From contig CBDBMJ010000001.1 in the NCBI GenBank assembly GCA_965207455.1, positions 128,001 through 192,000 on the forward strand: 64,000 nt of DNA. The letters are read 5' to 3'. Below are positions 58,164-64,000 of the stretch, in pieces. The DNA is from Bdellovibrionota bacterium. GTDB taxonomy: Bacteria > Bdellovibrionota > UBA1018 > CAIPTA01 > JAALKR01. Under the pieces are notes generated by a model that was not told the DNA's origin, ran no database searches, and saw only the letters and a list, made by a program, of their open reading frames with translations. Both the position numbers and the translations under genes were made by a program. Each line of letters opens with the position of its first letter. The stretch's first letter is position 1.

Positions 58164-58333
58164 GAGAAAAATGAGAAGCAAGTGAAAAGGGGGGCTTGTT
58201 TCTTTTTGTAGACAGCGAAAAAAAAATTTCAACTGGTGCATGAACTTTTTATCAACTGTAACTGTAACTTTGCTTTTTCCCTGCGCTATCTATAAAATTT
58301 ATTTTCTTTAAAGCTTATTTATTCCAATTAAAT

Positions 58334-58945
58334 TTAGAGTGGAACATGGTAAAAATTAATCAAACCAGTTCTACGATCAATAATAATTCCAACAGTAACT
58401 GCGCCACCTGTTAATTTTTCATTAACAGCCGTTACGCCTTTGAATTTTATTGAAGTTACACAAATTCGGTCATCATTATTTCTTTTTCTATTTCTATTAT
58501 TATTATTATTATTATAGCCGTACTGTCCATACTGTCCATAATACTCGTAATAGTCATAATAATCGTATTCATGTGATTCTATAATAGACAACGGAATGCG
58601 TACTTGACCAGACACTCTTCCAAGGGAGCTACTTAAGTATACTTCTAGGGATTCATCGCTAGAGTGAAAGTAATTGTCTTCATTATAATAGTTGTTTGAA
58701 GGATAGGTAATAGACCAGAATGAAGAGGATCTCTCCTCATAGCTACCGTTACTATCAACATCATTAGCGAACTTAATGATATATTCATCACCGCTAAGTT
58801 CAATTAGGTAACAGTTATTTTCCAAGTCTCTTACTAGACCTGATGAAGCACTGTCTCCACAACTCGTTAAACCCATAAGCATGATAAGTGAAGCCACTAC
58901 CATGATAGAGTTTTTGTTCTTATATTTTTCATTTTTCATAAACAC
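58334..58945 (-). CDS. Lipoprotein with Tyr/Asn low-complexity tract
   Basis: LTSC lipobox; YDYYDYYEYYGQYGQYGYNNNNNN. Confidence 0.75.
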   Translation of the reverse strand: MFMKNEKYKNKNSIMVVASLIMLMGLTSCGDSASSGLVRDLENNCYLIELSGDEYIIKFANDVDSNGSYEERSSSFWSITYPSNNYYNEDNYFHSSDESLEVYLSSSLGRVSGQVRIPLSIIESHEYDYYDYYEYYGQYGQYGYNNNNNNRNRKRNNDDRICVTSIKFKGVTAVNEKLTGGAVTVGIIIDRRTGLINFYHVPL

Positions 58946-58990
58946 CTCGTTTTTTAGTTTTACTTTTTTAATTACTTACATGGTTCTATG

Positions 58991-59006
58991 TGCAAGGATT
59001 GTGCCA
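58991..59006 (-). promoter_or_regulatory. Sigma54 promoter
   Basis: TGGCACAATCCTTGCA; TGTTGAAAAATTAGACA at 59094-59110. Confidence 0.75.
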
Positions 59007-59147
59007 AGAAAGGAAAAAACATTTAAGCTGCTGTTATTACTCTATTTTTTTGTTTTTGACCCCGAAAGAGACAAGAAAAAGGATGGAAAAAACTGTTGAA
59101 AAATTAGACAGGTGTCTTAATTATAAAGAGTTCTGCTATGGGAAAAA

Positions 59148-59951
59148 TTACTCTATGCTGCTCAAGAATCGCAAAATTCCTTGGGCAATTCCTTTGGATA
59201 GCTTGGCTTGTTGGGCCTTATCTAGCAATAGGGCTTGGTCTTTTTTGTTGGACAAGAACAGTGCCTCTAGCAAAACACTGGGTGTTTGGGTATCCGTAAG
59301 GACTTGGAAGATTTCCTGTCGCACCCCCCGATTCCTTACTTTCATATTATTTTTTTTAAATATCTTGGTCACACTTTGTTGAATATTGATGGCAGCTAAT
59401 CTGGATCTCTCCATATTGGAGTCTGTGGAGACGCTTCTTAATAGTAGGTCTAAGGGGTTGCCCTTTTTTTGCCTGAGATTTAAAACCAAATGCTGACGGT
59501 TGGTAGCTTTTCCAGCATTATTGAGAAAATAGGTTTCAAAGCCGTGGGCAGTGCCCGTTTTATCTGCATTTACATGAATGGAAACAAATAAAGCTGCTTT
59601 CTTGTTTCGTGCAAGTCGGGCACGATCCTCCAGAGCCATATCTTTATCTCGGTCCCGTGTATAGAGTACGGTGATTTTTCGATTCAATGGCGCCCAGTAC
59701 TCCGGATCCTCTAGTATACGTCCCACATTTTTGGCAAGTTGGAGGACGATATTTTTTTCATTGAGTTCTTGCATATTTTTACCCTTGCCAAAGTAAATGG
59801 TGGCTCCCTTATCTTTTCCACCATGGCCGGGGTCTAAAACCACAATATATGGTTTTTTTGCGGCCCAAGTATTTGTACTTAAAAAACAAAATAATAACAG
59901 GAAAAGCTTTAGTATTTCAGAAATGCGTCCGAAGAGATTATGTACGGTCAT
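59148..59951 (-). CDS. N-acetylmuramoyl-L-alanine amidase (Amidase_3)
   Basis: LDPGHGGKDKGA, SIHVNA, GFETYF, SVLLE. Confidence 0.92.
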   Translation of the reverse strand: MTVHNLFGRISEILKLFLLLFCFLSTNTWAAKKPYIVVLDPGHGGKDKGATIYFGKGKNMQELNEKNIVLQLAKNVGRILEDPEYWAPLNRKITVLYTRDRDKDMALEDRARLARNKKAALFVSIHVNADKTGTAHGFETYFLNNAGKATNRQHLVLNLRQKKGNPLDLLLRSVSTDSNMERSRLAAINIQQSVTKIFKKNNMKVRNRGVRQEIFQVLTDTQTPSVLLEALFLSNKKDQALLLDKAQQAKLSKGIAQGILRFLSSIE

Positions 59952-59991
59952 ATTTCTTTATTTTGCCATAATTTGGCTTTAGGAGGTAATA

Positions 59992-60564
59992 TTGGAAACG
60001 ATTATTTTGGTTATTACGGAGTTTACGGAGGAATTGCTTTGGGCAGAAATTAGTTTACTAGGCTTTTTTTTGGCCATTTACCTGCTTTGTCTCTTAAAAA
60101 GAACGGATGGCGAGCCATCCCGGTGGATCCCGGATCAAATAGTAAGGAATTACTTGGACAGCGTTCGGAATGGAGAACGGGCCATGCGCCAAGAATTGTT
60201 TTTCGAGGATATGAAAAAGAACCCTGGGGACGATTCCACTGTCGACTCGTTACAAGGTGAAGTGGGAGCCCTTCGTGCTCAGCTAGCCACTGCTGATTCT
60301 CGCCTAGAGGAAAAAGAGACCATGATAACTGATTTAAAGGAAAATAAAGATAGCGATGCGTCTGAGGGAGAGCTTCATCAAAAAATTAAGGATTTAGAGG
60401 TTCGTCTTCAGGAGTATTCAGTAATTGAAAATGAATTGGCTGAATTAAAAAAATACCAGTCAGAAAATAAGGAATTAAAAGAAAAGCTGGGCAAGGGAAA
60501 GGTAGATACGGGAGCTAAAAAAGAAGATCTAGTATCTGAATTTGAAAAAATGCTGGCATCGTAG
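59992..60564 (+). CDS. Membrane-anchored coiled-coil protein
   Basis: AGGAGG RBS with TTG start, one TM segment, heptad pattern. Confidence 0.7.
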   Translation: METIILVITEFTEELLWAEISLLGFFLAIYLLCLLKRTDGEPSRWIPDQIVRNYLDSVRNGERAMRQELFFEDMKKNPGDDSTVDSLQGEVGALRAQLATADSRLEEKETMITDLKENKDSDASEGELHQKIKDLEVRLQEYSVIENELAELKKYQSENKELKEKLGKGKVDTGAKKEDLVSEFEKMLAS

Positions 60565-60594
60565 ATGCTGGCATCTTAGGTGCTAGCATCCAGG
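60550..60594. repeat. Three 15-bp tandem copies of a near-palindromic gene end
   Basis: atgctggcatcgtag, atgctggcatcttag, gtgctagcatccagg. Confidence 0.8.
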
Positions 60595-60600
60595 CCCCTT

Positions 60601-61110
60601 TTATAGGCTTATATTTTTGATATTTTCTTCATTCTGTTTGTTCAGGTAATTCTCTAGTGCAATGAGGCGACCGATGCGATACAGGTAAACAACCTCCTCT
60701 GTTCCCTTGGAATTAATATTCTCCCAGCGAGTAAAAATACTTTTTGCTATTTGCTGTTCCTTTTGTATGCGTACGGTGGTTATGGGAGAGTCGCCCTGTT
60801 TGCCTTTAATAACAGAAATAAATATACGGTAACGTGCTCGATGGGCGTGGTATTCCGCACTAAAGCTTTCCAAGAAATTCCAGCTATTGGTTTTTGTAAC
60901 CCAGCCTGTGGACACGGTTCCCAGGTCTCGATTTTGGGTAATAGATGGCATACTGGATATGGCGTTGAGTACAGCTGCCCATGTGGTGGAGAAATCTGAG
61001 AGAAAGGTGCGGGAATGGGCTGTATTTTTCAACTGAAAGGGTAGGCCGGAGCAGGCTCCTAGTGTGACTAGGAGGATGGGAAAAAGCCAGTATAAGTGAA
61101 AACGTTTCAT
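60601..61110 (-). CDS. Lipoprotein, possibly BamC-like fold
   Basis: ATG 61110, LGAC lipobox, TWAAV, G.VSTGW, RYR. Confidence 0.65.
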   Translation of the reverse strand: MKRFHLYWLFPILLVTLGACSGLPFQLKNTAHSRTFLSDFSTTWAAVLNAISSMPSITQNRDLGTVSTGWVTKTNSWNFLESFSAEYHAHRARYRIFISVIKGKQGDSPITTVRIQKEQQIAKSIFTRWENINSKGTEEVVYLYRIGRLIALENYLNKQNEENIKNISL

Positions 61111-61177
61111 TCTACTTCTATATTCACTGTAATTATCGGGATTGTCAAAAATCACAGGAGGCTCTATAGTGGCAAGT

Positions 61178-62182
61178 ATGAAACTTTCTTCAGAGGCAAT
61201 TTTAATAGAAGCTCGGCGGGTACTCTCAGAGGAGTCACAGGCCCTGTCCTTGGCAGCACAAACCATAGATCAGGGGTTTGCGGATAGTGTGAATTTAGCT
61301 CACAAGGTCCTAACGGCTGGAGGAAAGATAGTGGTGATTGGTGTGGGTAAATCGGGAAATGTGGCTCAGAAGCTTGCTAGCACCCTTACCAGTACGGGCA
61401 GTCTTGCGGTTTATCTCCACCCTACGGAGGCTCTCCATGGAGATATGGGGTTATTAAACTCCAAGGATATTGTCTTTTTATTTTCCAATAGCGGTTCCAC
61501 GGAAGAAATTCTTCGTCTATTGCCCACATTAAAGAGTATTGCTTCTAGCATAGTGGGGGTTTTTGGGAATGTAAACGGTGTGCTGGCAGCGCAGGTGGAT
61601 ATTGTGATTTCTGCTGCTATTTCCAAAGAGGCTTGTCCCCATAATTTAGCGCCCACCACCTCCTCAACGCTACAAATGGCTATTGGAGATGCCCTAGCGA
61701 TGTGTTTGCAAAAGGTGGCTGGTTTTCGTCCCGAGCAATATGCTCAGCTCCACCCTGGAGGGGCTTTGGGTAAGCGTTTGCACACCAAGGTATCGGATTT
61801 AATGCATAAGAAAGATGAAATAGCCCTGCTTTCTCCAGAGGCAAAGATGGAGGATATTATTGTGGCTTTGAGCGATTACCGTCTCAGTGCTATTTGTATT
61901 GTGGATATGGAAGGTAAAGACAGGGATAGGCTCCTTGGGATTATTACGGAAGGGGATTTGCGACGTTCTCTATCCCAGCAGGAGAAATTTTTTCATCTGA
62001 AAGCCAAAGACATTATGACCACAAACCCTCAGACAGTCTTGCCTGAAACAAACGCTTCCGACGCGTTGGAGTTAATGGAGAGCAGGAAATGGCAGTTGAG
62101 TTTTTTGCCTGTTGTGGATGGTGAGGGGAATTGCGTGGGAGCCATTCGAATACATGATGTGGTGTTGGCGGGTTTGCACTAA
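61178..62182 (+). CDS. kdsD: Arabinose-5-phosphate isomerase (KpsF/GutQ)
   Basis: GVGKSG, EALHGDMG, APTTS, HPGGALG, CBS pair; start is ATG 61178 or GTG 61169. Confidence 0.93.
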   Translation: MKLSSEAILIEARRVLSEESQALSLAAQTIDQGFADSVNLAHKVLTAGGKIVVIGVGKSGNVAQKLASTLTSTGSLAVYLHPTEALHGDMGLLNSKDIVFLFSNSGSTEEILRLLPTLKSIASSIVGVFGNVNGVLAAQVDIVISAAISKEACPHNLAPTTSSTLQMAIGDALAMCLQKVAGFRPEQYAQLHPGGALGKRLHTKVSDLMHKKDEIALLSPEAKMEDIIVALSDYRLSAICIVDMEGKDRDRLLGIITEGDLRRSLSQQEKFFHLKAKDIMTTNPQTVLPETNASDALELMESRKWQLSFLPVVDGEGNCVGAIRIHDVVLAGLH

Positions 62183-62197
62183 CTTCTAATTTTTTCC

Positions 62198-62878
62198 CTA
62201 CCAAGGGTTGCCGTCGCCAAACAGTGCCTGTTTTATATGCTTTGTAATGATAAATCGAGTATCTAAAAATAGACTTCGTGTGCGTTTATCTGTTGGGTGT
62301 ATAATGCCAATTAAATTACCATGTTTTGCAAACACTCGATTACAGGATTGCTGTAGGTTTTTTTCATTATCCTTGATGGGAAGGATTTTTTTTAAATGAT
62401 CGTAGGCTTCCAACCCTTCGGTTAGTATTAATTTAGGGTTAATCTCTTTAATAATTCTTTGAACTTTTTCTTCACAAAAATATTCCAAGTCTTCTCGTAA
62501 GCTCGCTGGACGCATTTCTTTCCAATCCACAATATTTTTTGTTCTAAAAAAATAGAGGTTAATTCTCACACTTCTTTTTAGTATATCCATTAAGCCCATC
62601 TGGGAAAAAATATCTTTCATTGCTTTGGCAAGGGGATAGTCACTGTTGAAATAAATATGGGAGTTGGGTATGGTTTGGTGATCTTGGATGGGTTCCTCTT
62701 TATTTGGATTAAAGCTAACAATCACCAGTTCTGCATTTTTAACAACAGGTGAGGAAAAAACACAAAAGCCTGCACTTCTCCAGCATTCTCTGTCCACGGG
62801 ACTGTCGAATTGACGTTCCACGTCTTCCCACTTCAGCCTCACTTCATCAACTAATTTTTGAGCCCATTTATTAGACAT
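62198..62878 (-). CDS. Uracil-DNA glycosylase-like superfamily protein
   Basis: IVSFNP, INLYFFRT, INPKLILTEG, IIHPT. Confidence 0.55.
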   Translation of the reverse strand: MSNKWAQKLVDEVRLKWEDVERQFDSPVDRECWRSAGFCVFSSPVVKNAELVIVSFNPNKEEPIQDHQTIPNSHIYFNSDYPLAKAMKDIFSQMGLMDILKRSVRINLYFFRTKNIVDWKEMRPASLREDLEYFCEEKVQRIIKEINPKLILTEGLEAYDHLKKILPIKDNEKNLQQSCNRVFAKHGNLIGIIHPTDKRTRSLFLDTRFIITKHIKQALFGDGNPW

Positions 62879-63040
62879 TGTTTTCTTTTCAACTCCATTT
62901 TGTTGTCTGAACTACTGATCGGACGTGGGAAAAAAAACTAAAAATTAAATTAATTCTAGTGACGGAGGCGAGTGAAAAAATGCCTCGTTTATTGTAAATT
63001 TCTTTGGACTTATTTAAACATGTGTATATACAATGAACTT

Positions 63041-63718
63041 ATGAGTGTAATTTCCAAAAAAATGAACTGTTCTTTTATTCTGTTATTTTCTTTGACCTTG
63101 GGGTTTGTCTCTCCGCTAGCCCTAGCAGATAGGTCAGTCCTAGCACATAGGTCAGCACCAGCAGTTAATGCTGATTGTCAGTCCTCTATTTCTAATTTCT
63201 ACGCCGTTGTGCCTGGAACTATCTATCGGTCGGCACAGCCTCGAGCTCGAGACCTAGCAAGGACCATTGAACAGTGTGGTATCAAAACGGTGCTAAATTT
63301 AAGAGGAGTCAATGCTGGGAAGTCTTGGTACGACGAGGAAGCTCGCATAGTGGAGGAAAAAGGGATAAAGTTAGTTAGTATACCCATGAGTGCGCGTACC
63401 GTACCCACGAAAGAAAACCTCATTACTCTTTTAGATACATTTGAAAATCAGGACAACTATCCCATGTTAGTACATTGTAGGGCAGGGGCCGATCGTTCTG
63501 GAGAGGCCATAGCTATTTATGCTATTGAGTATATGGGTTATACCCATAGGAAAGCAGCTAAAGAAATGCTTCAAATTAAATACCGTCACTTTCATTGGTT
63601 TACTCCAGCCAAACGTTATTTTATTGAGCATGTATACCAAAATCCGGTATGGGCAAGAGAAGAATATAACCACTGTGAGCATGAATATGCTCCATCGTCT
63701 TGTTCTGATACAGAATAG
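63041..63718 (+). CDS. Secreted tyrosine/dual-specificity phosphatase
   Basis: YRSAQP, VLNLRG, VHCRAGADRSG. Confidence 0.88.
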   Translation: MSVISKKMNCSFILLFSLTLGFVSPLALADRSVLAHRSAPAVNADCQSSISNFYAVVPGTIYRSAQPRARDLARTIEQCGIKTVLNLRGVNAGKSWYDEEARIVEEKGIKLVSIPMSARTVPTKENLITLLDTFENQDNYPMLVHCRAGADRSGEAIAIYAIEYMGYTHRKAAKEMLQIKYRHFHWFTPAKRYFIEHVYQNPVWAREEYNHCEHEYAPSSCSDTE

Positions 63719-63739
63719 GCTTTTTTATTTGGCTTATTA

Positions 63740-64000
63740 TTAGTTATTAATTTTATACGCTAAATATTCCATAACTTGATCCCAGCTCATAACCCTCACA
63801 TAAGACTCAGTTTTTTTACAATACCTCCCTTGACCAAAGCAACTAGTAGAAGAGTGATCCTCTACATCTTTGTTATAGTCGTCACAAATTCCTCCCTCCT
63901 GCGTTTTATCCATAGATCGTAGAGCACTCTGGACAGATTCCTTGGTTGCACTTGGAGCAACTCCCCTTTGCAATAGTTCCACTACTAGACTTGTCGCAGA
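63740..64000 (-). CDS. Hypothetical protein, 3' part (5' end beyond window)
   Basis: Frame is open to the window end. Confidence 0.5.
   Translation of the reverse strand, partial: SATSLVVELLQRGVAPSATKESVQSALRSMDKTQEGGICDDYNKDVEDHSSTSCFGQGRYCKKTESYVRVMSWDQVMEYLAYKINN

Noticed and set aside
58100..58333. T-box riboswitch for trpS
   Set aside because: No T-box or antiterminator consensus; the terminator fits the upstream lipoprotein gene and a promoter-like element follows it
61111..61266. Head-to-head overlap of the lipoprotein ORF with kdsD
   Set aside because: Disappears once starts are set at 61110 and 61169/61178
5783..63743. Numerous short antisense or off-frame ORFs inside housekeeping genes
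   Set aside because: No recognisable motifs or initiation signals; expected shadow ORFs

Overview
Bacterial chromosomal window. Gene content suggests Bdellovibrionota or a related deltaproteobacterial lineage; this is inference only. The housekeeping backbone comprises arginase 3' end, tRNA-Met, pnp-rpsO, an RpoH-like sigma factor, deoB-pdp-punA-deaminase-dapF, yggS-add-rluA, the MoxR/Bat operon with mtgA, rplU-rpmA-obgE-nadD-rsfS-S2P-scpA-scpB-rluB, xerD-bfd, pntAAB, nusB, trpS, an amidase and kdsD. It is interrupted by AT-rich patches of lineage-specific secreted proteins. Main observations: (1) two loci about 10 kb apart share the same ordered non-coding scaffold (hairpin, upstream module 1, hairpin, upstream module 2) around apparently unrelated secreted ORFs; (2) a structured repeat array downstream of tRNA-Met re-creates the tRNA 3' end, including CCA, three times; (3) a tandem array of 'ISPEYASGA' paralogs with a variable membrane hairpin and decaying copies lies between batB/mtgA and batD; (4) several orphan secreted genes have sigma54-type promoters with a shared TGTC-N9-GACA-like upstream site; (5) scpB overlaps rluB by up to 383 nt; (6) several genes have leaderless-type promoter geometry; (7) there is one intact IS4-like element with a 10-bp target duplication, plus IS remnants. 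No CRISPR array, integron integrase or reverse transcriptase was seen. All alignments and identities were read by eye.
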